Shown here: in pieces, positions 27,405-42,562 of the stretch | Numbering within the stretch: position 1 is the first letter of the stretch | Layout: each line of letters begins with the position of its first letter | Assembly: GCA_951406725.2 (NCBI GenBank) | Contig: OX597834.1 | Span: 8,432,001-8,496,000 of the forward strand | Source of the DNA: Octopus vulgaris | Taxonomy: Eukaryota | Direction of reading: 5' to 3' | Length of the DNA stretch: 64,000 nucleotides | The notes under the pieces: model-generated | What the model was told of the DNA's origin: nothing | The model's input: only the letters and a program-made list of their open reading frames with translations | Database searches by the model: none | Program-made: the position numbers and the translations under genes

Positions 27405-27810
27405 TCTCTTTCTCTTTTCTCTCTCTCTTTTACTTGTTTCAGTCAATTGACTGTGGCCATGCTGGAGCACCACCTTTAGTCGAGCAAATCGACCCCGGGA
27501 CTTATTCTTTGTAAGCTCAGTATTTATTCTATCGGTCTCTTTTGCCGAACCGCTAGGTGACAGGGAGATAAACACACTAGCATCGGTGGTCAAGCGATTG
27601 AGGGGGGACAAACAAGACACACAAACACACACACACATACACACATATATATATATACATACATATACGGCAGGCTTCTTTCAGTTTCCGTCTATCAAAT
27701 TTACTCACAAGGCCCGGGGTTATAGTAGAAAACACTTGCCCAAGATGCCACGCAGTGAGACTGAACTCGGAACCATGTGGCTGGTTAGCAAGCTACTTAC
27801 CACACAGCCA
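27405..27810 (-). mobile_element. SINE family A
   Basis: Matches the family. Confidence 0.88.
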
Positions 27811-28254
27811 AAGAAGTGTGATCTTCCTCTCAACCCCATCCTCACATTCCATTGTACTGCTGATTTCCTAAGAACCCTCACAAAAAAATGATACAGTTTC
27901 TGTATTACCTTGTGTAAGTGTGTTCGCCCACGTTGTTTCCTTCGTGGTAGTTGTTTTTCTTGTTGTTACTGTTATTGCTATCGTTGTCACGGCCACTGCT
28001 GCTGTCATTGTTAATTGTGTACTTGACATTGATATGGCCGTCCATGGAATTTCTTGTGTGTATGTTTGTGTGTGTATTACCCTGTATGTCTATGCGTATG
28101 ATTTACGATTATCGTTCTTTTTTTCCCGCTCTATTCTCATCCCTTCTGTCTTTAATCATGTGGTGTGTTGGTGGGTGTTACTGTCCCATTCGTGTATATA
28201 GCTAGTTTGTTTACGTACTGCATGTTGTTTGGACAGTTGGTGACGGTCTGTACC

Positions 28255-29480
<1,226 letters not shown>

Positions 29481-29481
<1 letters not shown>

Positions 29482-29724
29482 CAATTGCAGCGTGGAAGGT
29501 GTTTGTAAGCCATTTAAGAAGTTGCAGCACGGATTTTTGTCAGTGAACAGGTCGCGGTCTTAAAGCGACGAAAATATTTTGACAAATTATACTGAAATAT
29601 TGAAGTGAATCGAACGGCATTTGTGTGTTTCTTATATGGCTTACAAACACCTTCCACGCTGCAATTCTTTTCGTTTCAGGACACGATCTCAGATCAAATG
29701 ACTTGCTATGCAAGTACATCTCCG

Positions 29725-29727
<3 letters not shown>
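29481..29727 (+). mobile_element. Element in (TA)n with 38-bp inverted arms and a decayed hammerhead
   Basis: Arms 29483-29520 / 29629-29666; tttgtca-gTGAAcA-g gtcgc...gcgac-GAAA-atattt-tgacaaa-like motif at 29536-29586. Confidence 0.65.
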
Positions 29728-29761
<34 letters not shown>

Positions 29762-29766
<5 letters not shown>

Positions 29767-30095
29767 GGAAGAAATGGAGCTGAACGAAGATTCTACAGAA
29801 TTCCTTTTGTTATTTTCTACACATGTTTCAAAGGCCGCAAATTTCCAAATTCGGAAATTTGCGGCCTTTGAAACATGTGTAGAAAATAACAAAAGGAATT
29901 CTGTAGAATCTTCGTTCAGCTCCATTTCTTCCCTTCACTAAATATATTAAACTTCAATTATCCGCGCTAAGGCACGGTTGCGACACTCCATGGTCGTAAC
30001 TTCAACTGTGTTCTTTCTGTTGTGATTTTTGCTACCCAGGTATCGGTTAAATTTTGAATAATCCGTAACAAGATAATTCATTTATCCATTTCAAT
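29762..30095 (+). mobile_element. Element in (TA)n with a perfect 80-bp palindrome and tail
   Basis: Arms 29767-29846 / 29853-29932, 6-nt loop; contains the hammerhead 3' half GAAAC-ATGT-GTA. Confidence 0.8.
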
Positions 30096-30096
30096 G

Positions 30097-30151
<55 letters not shown>

Positions 30152-30313
30152 GCGTGTACTTGTGAGTCAGTGAGATATATTCATTAGACAGAGAAGAAGA
30201 ATAGAAAAAGAATTTACGAACAATTCAAAATGAAATTAATTCATAGAGCGGAACACATTTAAATTTCCTTAACATAGTTTTCCAACAAACACGGAGGAGC
30301 ATTGATATGGACA

Positions 30314-30896
30314 GGCAGCGAGCTGGCAGAAACGTTAGCACGCCGGGTGAGATGCTTAGCGATATTTCGTCTGCACTACGTTCTGATTTCAAATTCTGCC
30401 GAGGTCGACTTTGCCTTTCATCCTTTCGGGGTCGATTAAATAAGTACCAGTAACGCCTAGAATCGATGTAACCAATTTAATCCGTTTGTCTGTCCTTGTT
30501 TGTCCCCTCTGTGTTTAACCTCTTGTAGGTAGTAAAGAAATATGTATTTTGTCTGTCTTTCCTTCTAAGTTCAAATTCCGCCGAGGTCGACTTTGCCTTT
30601 CATCCTCTCGGGGTCGATTAAATAAGTACCAGTAACGCCTGGAGTCGATGTAACCAATTTAATCCGTTTGTCTGTCCTTGTTTGTCCCCTCTGTGTTTAA
30701 CCTCTTGTAGGTAGTAAAGAAATATGTATTTTGTCTGTCTTTCCTACTAAGTTCAAATTCCGCCGAGGTCGACTTTGCATTTCATCCTTTCGGGGTCGAT
30801 AATTTAAGTACCAGTTATGTACTGAGGTGGATGTAATCGACTCGTTTCTTCCTCCAAAATTTCGAGCCTTGCGCCTCCAGTAGACAAGAAAAAAAT
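30314..30896 (+). mobile_element. SINE family B (Meta-domain-like) with internal ~182-bp triplication
   Basis: gagctggcagaaacgttagc head; ccgaggtcgactttgcctttcatcctttcggggtcga core three times; TSD attgatatg(g/a)aca at 30301-30313 / 30897-30909. Confidence 0.85.
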
Positions 30897-31369
30897 ATTG
30901 ATATGAACAAGATATGTTACAAAGCGGATGATGAGTGCAGCATTCTCATTGGTTAACCAAAATATTGTTTGATATCAACGCATTGAAGCAATGTTTAGCA
31001 AAACAAAAATAAATTCTTATGAATTTTTGTGGCAATAAATCTAACACTAATGATTTCGTTTTGAACAGGCAATAATTAGATACATAAACACAAGCACACA
31101 ACCATATATTTTGGTGAGTGCATACACCCACCGAAGATATAGAATGCATTCATGCCCAAATCGACGCTCAGAAACCTATTTATGCAAAGCGTATTCACTA
31201 GCACAGCCAGGTAATCTACAGCTGCACGTGCAATCAATCACACATGTACGCGCTTATACACAGAAAATGCACACATACACAAATGTGCCCATTGTTTCAC
31301 GTATACGTATGCGTAAGGCGATAAAAGCACACTCTAATGTGTATATGCATATCTATATATTATGCAAGC

Positions 31370-31461
<92 letters not shown>

Positions 31462-31500
31462 TATATATATATACATATATATACATATACACACACACAT

Positions 31501-31568
<68 letters not shown>

Positions 31569-32059
31569 GTATATGTATATACATACATATAAATATATGT
31601 ATATACATACCGGTGTGTCTGTCAGCATATATGCATCATATATATATATATATATATGTCTGTGTGTGTGTATGTGTATATATATGCATGTATGTTTACA
31701 CATATATAGCTATATATACCGGTATGCACCCGCTTAAGTGCATCCATACTCATGCATACTGTGTGTACATGTATATATTAACCACATGCATCGTAATAAA
31801 TTTGTTCATAAAACGTAAAACAAAGGAATACGTGATTGAACACACCTTCCCACATATACCTTGTTATTCCGAAGCAAGTTCTTCTGTTTTGACTTACATA
31901 ATTACATGATTTACATAAAATAACATAAAATAACATGAAATACATTTATCCAAGTAAAACAACCCAAAATATTATTCTTCGATATAGTATCAATGCTCTA
32001 TTCTTATGAAATCAGAATTTCTCTGTTTTTCCGAGTGCTGAGGGAGACTAGATTACTTG

Positions 32060-32283
32060 ACTCTCTCTTTACTCTTTTACTCTTTTACTTGTTTCAGTCA
32101 TTTTGACTGCGGCCATGCTGGACCACCGCCTTTAGTCGAGCAAATCGACCCCGGGACTTATTCTTTGTAAGCCCAGTACTTATTCTATCGGTCTCTTTTT
32201 GCCGAACCGCTAAGTGACGGGGACGTAAACACACCAGCATCGGTTGTCAAGCAATGCTAGAGAGACAAACACAGACACACAAT

Positions 32284-32316
<33 letters not shown>

Positions 32317-32496
32317 ATATATATATATACATATATACGACAGGCTTCTTTCAGTTTCCTTCTACCAAATCCACTCACAAGGCATTGGTTGCCCTGGGGC
32401 TATAGCACAAGACACTTGCCCAAGATGCCACGCAGTGGGACTGAACCCGGAACTATGTGGTTGGTTAGCAAGCTACTTACCACACAGCCACTCTGC
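32060..32496 (-). mobile_element. SINE family A
   Basis: Matches the family. Confidence 0.9.
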
Positions 32497-32589
32497 TAAA
32501 TAAAATTTCATAATCGTGCTATTGTTCACATTCTGTAGCTTCTGGGCCCCGTTTCCATCGGAATTAGTAGCGGGAAAATAAAACAAAAT

Positions 32590-32974
32590 AATGTGAGGTA
32601 TATTTGCCATCTCAATATGGCTACCCACTAAGGGTGGGTGTTACAATAGCTTGTAGCCCCAGGAGAACATCGTCTCCAGCTGGCTAAAGGCACACTTTCT
32701 GTGCCCTATCGGTATTTGCAAAGGGAGGTCATCCTTCCCTCGTCAACCTAAGTGATACGCACGGACTGCAGTTTCTGGGTATTGACCCGTCATCAGCGCA
32801 CAACAATCACCGCTTTGCGATGAAAGGAAGGATGATCTCCCTTTGCAAATACCGATAGGACACAGAAAGTGTGCCTGAAGCCAGCTGGAGGAGATGTTCT
32901 CCTGGGGCTACAAGCTACAGTAACACCCACCCTTAGTGGTTAGCCATATTGAGATGGCAAATATCCCTCACATT
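32590..32974 (-). mobile_element. Element with ~149-bp inverted arms and a central hammerhead
   Basis: Arms 32590-32738 / 32826-32974; homologous to 49590-49815. Confidence 0.85.
32759..32801 (-). ncRNA. Minimal type I hammerhead ribozyme
   Basis: Minus strand: gtgcg-CTGATGA-c ggg tcaata ccc a-GAAAC-TGCA-GTC-cgtgc; palindromic stem III ACTGCAGT, GUC cleavage triplet. Confidence 0.82.
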
Positions 32975-33457
32975 GTCGTGCAGTTACTGTTTATACCTCG
33001 TTCAGAGATTTATTAAAACGAAATAAGTTCTTTATAATCAAGCACACAATACACCACGTGAACCTTGAAACCAATGTTACCTATCAATCGTGAAATTTTG
33101 GGGCCCTAAGCCAGAAACATCGTATAACCGTAATAAATAGAGAATTTATACCTTATTTGTACTTTGTTTATTCTCAGAAACTATGCACGTGGTATGCAGA
33201 CAATTTCCGGAAATTCAGGAACGAAACTACTTTCAATCTATTAAACTCCAAAAATGCTGATGGTTTGTCGTTATTCACTGCGGTCATTCCCACAAATGTT
33301 TGAAAACAAAATGGTGTGTAGCTGGTGCAATGAGATAATTGAGGGCTTAGTTAATCCTAATGCAATCACATCAAAGTGCATATATAAATATATGTACATA
33401 TATGTTCAATCTTTTATATATATAGACATACATACATATATACACGTATATATATTT

Positions 33458-33875
33458 TACTCTCTACTCTTTTTACTCTTTTACTTGTTTCAGTCATTTG
33501 ACTGCGGCCATGCTGGAGCACCGCCTTTAATCGAGCAACTCGACCCCGGAGCTTATTCTTTTTGTAAGCCCAGTACTTATTCTATCGGTCTCTTTTGCCG
33601 AACCGCTAAGTAACGGGGACATAAACACGCCAGCATCGATTGTCAAGCAATGCTTGGGGGACAAACACCGACACACAAACACACACACGCATATATATAT
33701 ATACATATATACGACGGGCTTCTTTCAGTTTCCTTCTACCAAATCCACTCACAAGGCTTTGGTCGTCCCGAGGCTATAGTAGAAGACACTTGCCCAAGGT
33801 GCCACGCAGTGGGACTGAACCCGGAATCATGTGGTTGGTAAACAAGCTACTTACCACACAGCCACTCCTGCGCCT
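33458..33875 (-). mobile_element. SINE family A, full length
   Basis: Matches the family head to tail. Confidence 0.92.
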
Positions 33876-34011
33876 ATATATATACGTATATATATGCCTC
33901 TATCTATATCCATATATGTATGAGTTTGTGTGTGTGTGTTTGGTTGTGCGCGTGTATGTGTAATTGAGTGTGAATATGTGTGTATGTGTGTTTATGTGTG
34001 TGTGTGTGCTT

Positions 34012-34059
<48 letters not shown>

Positions 34060-34362
34060 AAACAGATGTAGACTGAAGAAAAGTGTAGGAAGTTGTAGGT
34101 TTCCTTGCTTTTTTCTCTTCTCTTCCAGTTTCAGCATCAGCCTTATTCGTATTGTATTCTAATGGCCTCCTCCCTTGCAGCATGAATAGATCCTGAAATT
34201 TTGCTCGCAGATACTTACCTTATTTTATAAATCAGCCAAACTAAAGTATGGCAAAAGCATGAAACTATTATTTTTTTTTGTATTAATTGATATTAAATTA
34301 ATATACATATTTTCTTTCCTTCGCCTGTCTTCGTCTTTTGTGTTCTATACATTACAACCATG

Positions 34363-34422
<60 letters not shown>

Positions 34423-35099
34423 CATATATATACATTCATACCTATATATATATATGTGTGCGTGTGTGTGTGTGGAAATGTGTGTGTACGTGTAATTCTT
34501 TATTTCTTGTTTCAGCACACCTTTATGTATTGAGAACTTTGAACAGGGTTATTTTGTAAATTTGTGAGCATAAACACATCTATACATACAACTACACATA
34601 TACATTTTCACCCATCTAGAAAGTGTACTTATACACACAAACACACGCACACACAGAGAGGCAATATCTAGTATCGTATGCGACGTTATACGCATGTACA
34701 TTTACAATCAATTAGTTATTCTCGTGTTATATAAAAATAATATCCGTTATATTTATGCATAGGAAAAACCACAATGCCGAACATTATGAATAAAACATGC
34801 TCTGATTATAATGACGTGTAAAAACTCATGTTTAAACATTCTCTGCTTATCATGCATATAAATATGAAACCTCTTCCATGTTTGTATTTCGTTTTCTTTT
34901 GCTTATTTCCATCAATAAAGAGAATGCAGTTTTATTCACGTATAAAAGAGCGCTTGAAAACTGAGAACATATTTTTAGTATCAGAATGCAGAATGCATTT
35001 ATTAGCTATATTCTATAAACGTTCGTCAGTGTTACGGTTATAATATTGTAGATAACTGTGCATAAGTAGGCATCCATAAATATCCCAATACATTTTGTC

Positions 35100-35900
35100 T
35101 TTATCGAAGTATTGAACATATTTTCCTTCATAGCAGGCATCACAGTGAACATAATCGAATTTTTTATTCAGTCTCTAACGATGCTAATGATAATTGTGTT
35201 CTTCATTAAAATGATTGCGAAATTCTTAAAAACAAAAATCGCGACCCTGCACTTTGTCACTCGATCTGGGAGCAGCAAAATATCCTTAATGCTGCAGACT
35301 GATTTTTAGAATACGATAGCATATATTGAGTGTTATGCACACGAGGAAAATATGACTGGAGAAATATATTGTTTCTGTTGACAGAATTTTAGATGAGCAT
35401 ACCTGGGAAGCACCTAATGTATTTTTCGTTTATCAAACTATCATACATATCTTCCTGCATATTAAGCTAGTCATCAGACCTAATCGAATATATTTTCTGT
35501 CAGGTACAATGTTAACAGTAAATGTGTTTATCCCTAAAGTGTTTGTGAAATTGTCAAAGGCAAATCGAGATCTTGCATTTTGTTACTCAACCTGGGAGCA
35601 GCAAAATATCTCAAAAATTGAGAAGCGGAAGTCGGCGGGCGCTTTCGTCTTCTCCCATCACCATTTTCATTCCATCACAATCATTCATTAATGTCTATGT
35701 CCAGCCCGTAGCTACTATATGTGTACAGCCCTTGTGGCAAATTAAATTTAAAAAAGAAAAAAAAATTGAGCTATGTTGTTTTAGAATACGAGAGTTTTAT
35801 TGGGTGTTCATGGATAGAAAGGAAATATGTCCGATGATAAATAAGTTATGGTTTTTCAGCTGGAACTATTTCGAATGAGCAAACCCGGGGAGGATGCCTA
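35100..35900. repeat. Old diverged tandem duplication
   Basis: Shared blocks ctgggagcagcaaaatatc (about 35266 / 35592) and ttttagaatacga (about 35304 / 35779). Confidence 0.6.
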
Positions 35901-37165
35901 TGATCACATTTATTCCAATGATTCTTCAGCGTGAGAGATCTTGTCCCACATTATATATTTCCACATTATATAACTCACTTCTCTGCATGATTTTTGCACG
36001 TAGTAACAACCTGGCGCTGTTTCTGGTGATCATGTAGGCTATCGATCTCATACATCTGGATGACCTTCGAAAGCTCTAAATACTAAGATCAACCCATTTT
36101 ATATATTTTTGCTTTGTCTTTGGTCTGCATGTGCTATTTCCTATTCGCTTCTATCAAGAATTCAAAGGAAATTATCAATATTTCCTTTCAAATTTGCTTG
36201 TGTGACCTGGACAGCAGTGTTTTAAAGCTGACCTATTTTTCCTTGCACTTCAAACAGATTCAGCGCTGAATTTTTGAAGCTGAAATATCACAATAGCCAA
36301 TATTCTGCTCAAGTCTACGGATTTGCTCGTCAGTTGTTTGAACTTACGCACACGAGCATGTCCCTTAGTGGCTGATAATATGTGCGTCTCCGATCATGGC
36401 CAGGAGAAGTGGGAGATCATCACAGTCATATGAGAGAGATTCTTAGACGTTTCACTAAATATAACCAAAGGAAAGTTGAAGGAATATTAGTCATTTTTCA
36501 TACATTCTAGGAGTAAGCAAGAATTGAAATATCAGTTGCTACTCAAGGAAAAAAATTTCTTGTACAGTGTCATAAAAATGTTTTGAAAAGAGCTCCGAAA
36601 TAGAGGAGGGTGTCCAACTATTCTGTAAGAAGCACTTAAATGTGGTTTATATCTTGACAGAATTAAATTACAAAGGGCAAAACCTAATTCCCAACCCAGC
36701 TTTTAGCTGTGCGATGCCTCATGTCGGCAAGGGTCTTCATATCTAGAAATAAAAAATTCACACTATCTTAAAGAAATTCGGATGTCTTGGGAATACACGC
36801 AAACAATGACAATCTTAAATAGCCCTGACATGATGGATTGGCTGATAAAAAATACAAGCAAATCTCATTTGAGCAACGAAAGGCTGTCTTAGCTAACGGA
36901 ACTTATTTGACAAAGCAAAAATAATTACAATGTCTGACAAAGTGAAATCATGCCTAGAGTACATTTGATGACATATATCATTGTTTAAGGTTGTTAGAAC
37001 ACTAAACAGTATGCAAAATAACTTACTTAAATGCCTTAGAGAACGTAAAAGAACTCCATTAATAAAAGTATTTTCTCTAGCTCCGCTTCTGATCATACAT
37101 AATAGAAAAGAGGGACTAAGGCACTCATTAAAATCTTCATATTAACTGCATTATACATTTGAACA

Positions 37166-37543
<378 letters not shown>

Positions 37544-37548
37544 ATATA

Positions 37549-37687
<139 letters not shown>

Positions 37688-38749
37688 TACCGCTGCTCGG
37701 AATTACAATGGCATAGTTTTTTTTATTGTTTAACTTGCTTCGGTCATGTGAATGCGGACTTGCTGGAGCACAGCGTTTAGTCGAAGAAATCAACCCCAGG
37801 ATATATATATATTTTTTACTCATAAATTGCGCGTGGAATTGCATAAACCCTTCCTGATGAAATATGCCTCTAGATATCAGAAATATACATCTTTGAATAT
37901 ACCCTGTATCGTATTAATCTTGCCAGAGAATTATATTACTGCGGTATATTCAACCCATCAGTCGTTAAAATTTAGAGCAGTAATTCCTTTTGATAGGACA
38001 ACTGGATACTTATCGATGAGAGTATAAACCCACCACCATCTACATAGACATTTGGGGAAAATTATAGGGGAGAGAGATAGAAATAGAAATAAAGGTACTA
38101 GCAAATAGACAGAGCAGTGCGAGTCTCTTGTATGCGTATGTATTTATTCGTAGCTATTGGCCGGGATAGCGAGATAGGTTGAAATTCGCACAACACAACC
38201 GTAAGCTATTAATTCCTTTCGATTTGCACGAAACGTAACTTGTCATTTTCACCCACGCTTTTGCAGTGACCTGTAGAGTGGAGGATACCTCCCCCAAATA
38301 CATGACACAAATTACCGATGGTAAGTGGGTATGTAATTAACTAAATCCCTTTCAAGCTATCCTATGTATATTGCTATAAACATGAAAAAATATATGGTAT
38401 CATACATCATACCGCTAGTCGGATCTCTCATGTTATTGTGTTTAAAACGAATGTGTGTCCGTGCGATATACTTTTAAGAAGTATTAGTAGTGAATGAAAT
38501 GTTCTACATGTTAAATTAGGACACGAAATTGGAAATAAATACGTTTAGCATTGTAAAAGACCTTCGTGAGTTACAGATTCAGCAACATTAAAATTGAAAT
38601 GGCATTTAATTAAAAAAATCTTCAACATATTGACAACGTCAAGTATCTTGCTACCTACATGTCCGAGACTGTATTTGCTACCGTAGTGCACACTTCAAAA
38701 TTTTAAATGATTTGAATTATATATATATATATATATGTGTGTGTAGATA

Positions 38750-38795
<46 letters not shown>

Positions 38796-38835
38796 CATAT
38801 TTATATATACATATACACACATATATATATATATA

Positions 38836-38909
<74 letters not shown>

Positions 38910-39072
38910 CATATATATATATACATATAATGAAAATAAGCAACAAGGATACAAGGATATCCAGAGATACTGCAGAACGATCGTTTCATTAGAATCCTTT
39001 TTAATTAAACAATGCAAACATTACATCAATTTAAAATGTACAGCAATACATACATATGCATACATATATATA

Positions 39073-39125
<53 letters not shown>

Positions 39126-39957
39126 GTTATGTTAATTTATATTCCAAATGACGGGTTACTGATAACAGTTAGTTTTATAAAGTCTCCAATATAACACAAT
39201 GAAAGGAAACAAAAGCAACTTATTTCGGCAAATATATAAACTCGGTAGATATATATATATGTCGACACAGAACTACGTACGTTCATCAAACGTGTAGATT
39301 TAACGGGTACCACCCCATAGAATTAAGGCACTTTACTAAATTTATTCGAATTTATTCTACTTTACCTACTGTTTGCACACAACAGTGTTGTCTGTAATTG
39401 ATTTACGAATGACAAACCAGCTCATTTCATTAGGTAATAAAGGAAATACGTGGAAGAACAATTACCACTAGGGACGCCATTCACTAATAGATTAGTTGCT
39501 GTTGCTGTGAGATATATATTTCAATGGAAGTTCAAATGACGCCCAAACAGATGAGAATATCCTCCCCATACTAGCAGACAGAATACGAATGTATAATATA
39601 TTGCATTTTGTTCTACAAACCCAATTCAAACATTTCTTCTTCTTTTTCTTCTTCTTCTTCTTCTTCTTCTTCTTCTTCTTCTTCTTCTTCTTCTTCTTCT
39701 TCCACATAGGTTTTTGGCCTTCCGAAAAAAGGTGGAAAAAGATTGATCGCACTTACATATACCCATGTAAACTAATAAACTTTTATTATGCTTCTACATT
39801 ATTCATACCTAAATACACACATATATGTACATGTGTATATGCATACTTACATGATATATGTACACACACACACATATATATATATATATACATATATACA
39901 CATACATATATAACTTTGCTGTATTGCATATGCATATACGTATATGTATTTATATGC

Positions 39958-40014
<57 letters not shown>

Positions 40015-40524
40015 TGTGTGTGTGCATGTGCATGTGTGTGTGTCTGTGTACGTTGGCGTGTATCAATTTATGTTACTCTCCAAGAAGAAACCCAGCGTTA
40101 TTAAACATATATCCTTCAATAAAGGTCAATACTCCAATAACAAATCAAAACGCATGCTACTTTCACTTTCTCTTCCTACTTCTCTCTCTCTCTCTCTTTC
40201 TCTCTCTCCTTTTCTGTCTCCCACTTCTTTTTATACCCTCTTTACTATTCTGCTCTCATATGCTACATCTCCAGTATATCAGGTTTTCCCTTAATCTGCT
40301 GTTCTCCTTCAGTCACTTTTCAACTCATAAGTCTACAGTGAATTATTGGATAACACAAATTCAATCGCGCAGACACTGTGTTTTACATACACTTCGATAC
40401 GCATATTTGCATCCATACAAACATATACATACATACATACATACATATAGACGTACATAAATTCATGCATAAATACACACACATATCTACACTATCCTAT
40501 CATATCTATCTATCTATCTATCTA

Positions 40525-40585
<61 letters not shown>

Positions 40586-40680
40586 AACTTATATATATGG
40601 ATTTGTGTGCGGGTATGTGTGTCTACATTTCATATGAATAACATGAATGTATATATGTAATATGCTTATATTTATATACA

Positions 40681-42562
40681 CTAGCAGTTATATCCGCCGT
40701 TGCCCGAGTTAAGAAGCATAATGACATTTAAAAAGCCTTCTAGTTTACGCAAGCCTCAACTGCTAGTAGCTAACATACCAACATTATACATTAACAACCC
40801 TGCAATCCATGCCAGCATGGAACATAAGTAAGGGAAAAGTTAAAATGTTTTCAACTCAAGAACACGTTTTGTGTAGCTTATTTTGTAACCAAAACCAGGT
40901 AGAGATTATAAACAATGAAAGGCCGATTGTGGTGATTCATTTGACAGCGAGCCAATTCGATGATAAATCTCACCTTGGATCCTGAAGGTTTGCATGATTC
41001 TTGCCTCATTTAAATCACTTATGGCTCCAAATGATATCATCAGTAGTGCAGCGTTGTAATGTCTAATTGTGTTTTGGAAGTGCTTGGAAAGTTGTTCAGT
41101 TGATGACAACAGTTTCGTCAATGGCTCTACAGGTTGGGCGATGTCCGGGCGGGAGTTTAACCCTTCCACCACAGCAGCACAGTACAAGTGTCCCTCCATA
41201 CGACTTCCAGGCTTTACAATGTATGCGCTCACTTGTCATTGCACCGATGGAATATCTAGTGTCATTATGAACTATTGGATCATAATAGAAAGCTGCTTCA
41301 TAGAAATTGATTCTCTGAGTTGTTACAACTGCTCTTCGTTCTGCAGTTGAGATCCTATTCCTTGTCAGCTGTGCATACCTCTGTTCACCACTTTGAGATA
41401 CTCTGGCTTTTGTAGTGCACAGTCTGTTCGTTTCTTGGTAACCTTCCCATTCAGGAGCTGCCTCTCTTTCCCAGGACAGAATCATACTTTTGGTTTACCT
41501 TGTTATTGATGACAATTTTTTCACTTTCTTTCTAGGCATGGTTATATACGTATACAGAAATCCACGGTTGCAGATGATAGTAAACAATATAAATAACTGG
41601 GTAACGGAAATTTTATTTCTTAATAAGACAGGCAGAAGGTAAATAAGCAATTTTTGCAGAAAATAATGAATTTTATGATTTGAAGCGAAAGTTGTCAGTG
41701 AACCAAAGAGAGGGTATTGAAGGAACCAGAAACAAGCCGTTAAAAGCAGAAAAATACAAAACCGTTGCAAAAGTAAATAAGAAACTTTTAGGGAAATTAC
41801 TTTCTGTCTGTAATATTTTGTTGTTGTTTGTAAATAGCAATTAAAAACTTACAGTGAATCTGACAGAAGCGATTGAACTTTAATTGAAAACAATACCATT
41901 TGAAAAATGAAAGTGAAAACAATAGAGAGTGAGTGATTGAGAGAGAGTGAGTGATTGAGAGAGAGTGAGTGATTGAGAGAGAGTGAGTGATTGAGAGAGA
42001 GCGAGTGATTGAGAGAGAGAGAAAGAGAGATAGAGAGAAAGAGAGAGAGAGAGAGATCTAATTAGGCAAATAAGATCGAGATACATAGAGAGATAAGATA
42101 TAGACAGATAGATAGAAAGAGATTGATAGATTTAGTGATAGAGATGGATAGAGGGAAATACATAAAGACATATAGAGAGATAGACAGGGAGATATGGATA
42201 GAGAGATATAGACGTTACTTAAGCTACAAAACCGGATGTAAATATATGAAAATCTTTCAAAGACGTAAGTCTAATAAAAAAAGATGCAATATTTCTTTTT
42301 TATGACCAATGGCTGTAAGGGAGACAGTCGTTTTCTGAAAGTTACTTCGCGGAGAGTTATCTCCTTTTTTCACGTAATGCGGGAACGAGTATTTTCTGCC
42401 TCCAGAGGGCCAGTTACTAATTATGTGTAAGCTTTTAAGCGTCTAAAACCATCCCTAGCACATATGTAATGCATTTTCCCAATTTGGAGAAAATAAGTTG
42501 AAAAATACAGCCCTTATAATCTTTCACACACATACCCACAGACCGGGATTTTTTATTATAGA
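40681..42562 (-). mobile_element. Internally deleted Helitron with Rep/helicase N-terminal remnant
   Basis: Minus strand A|TCTATAATAA 5' end; 3' hairpin-like cgggcaacggcg then CTAG|T; remnants IGAMT..HCKAWK...LCCCGGRVKLPP and FQNTIRHYNAALLMISFGA...TFRIQGEIYHRIGSL (40906-41260). Confidence 0.8.

Noticed and set aside
34086-34260. Possible host exon (splice-like motifs, open frames)
   Set aside because: Donor and acceptor motifs are incompatibly spaced and no product is recognisable.
35440-35482. CTGATGA on the minus strand
   Set aside because: GAAG in place of GAAA and no stem I.
36290-36450. Possible fragment of a further old SINE
   Set aside because: Single degenerate copy with no clear A/B boxes or ends in this window.
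37845-37897. CTGATGA...GAAA-TATAC-ATC hammerhead-like string
   Set aside because: Stem I does not pair in register and stem II is weak; not counted.
38971-38990. GAAAC-GATC-GTT half-site in a (TA)n island (minus strand)
   Set aside because: No upstream CTGANGA; it may be a truncated member but cannot be called.
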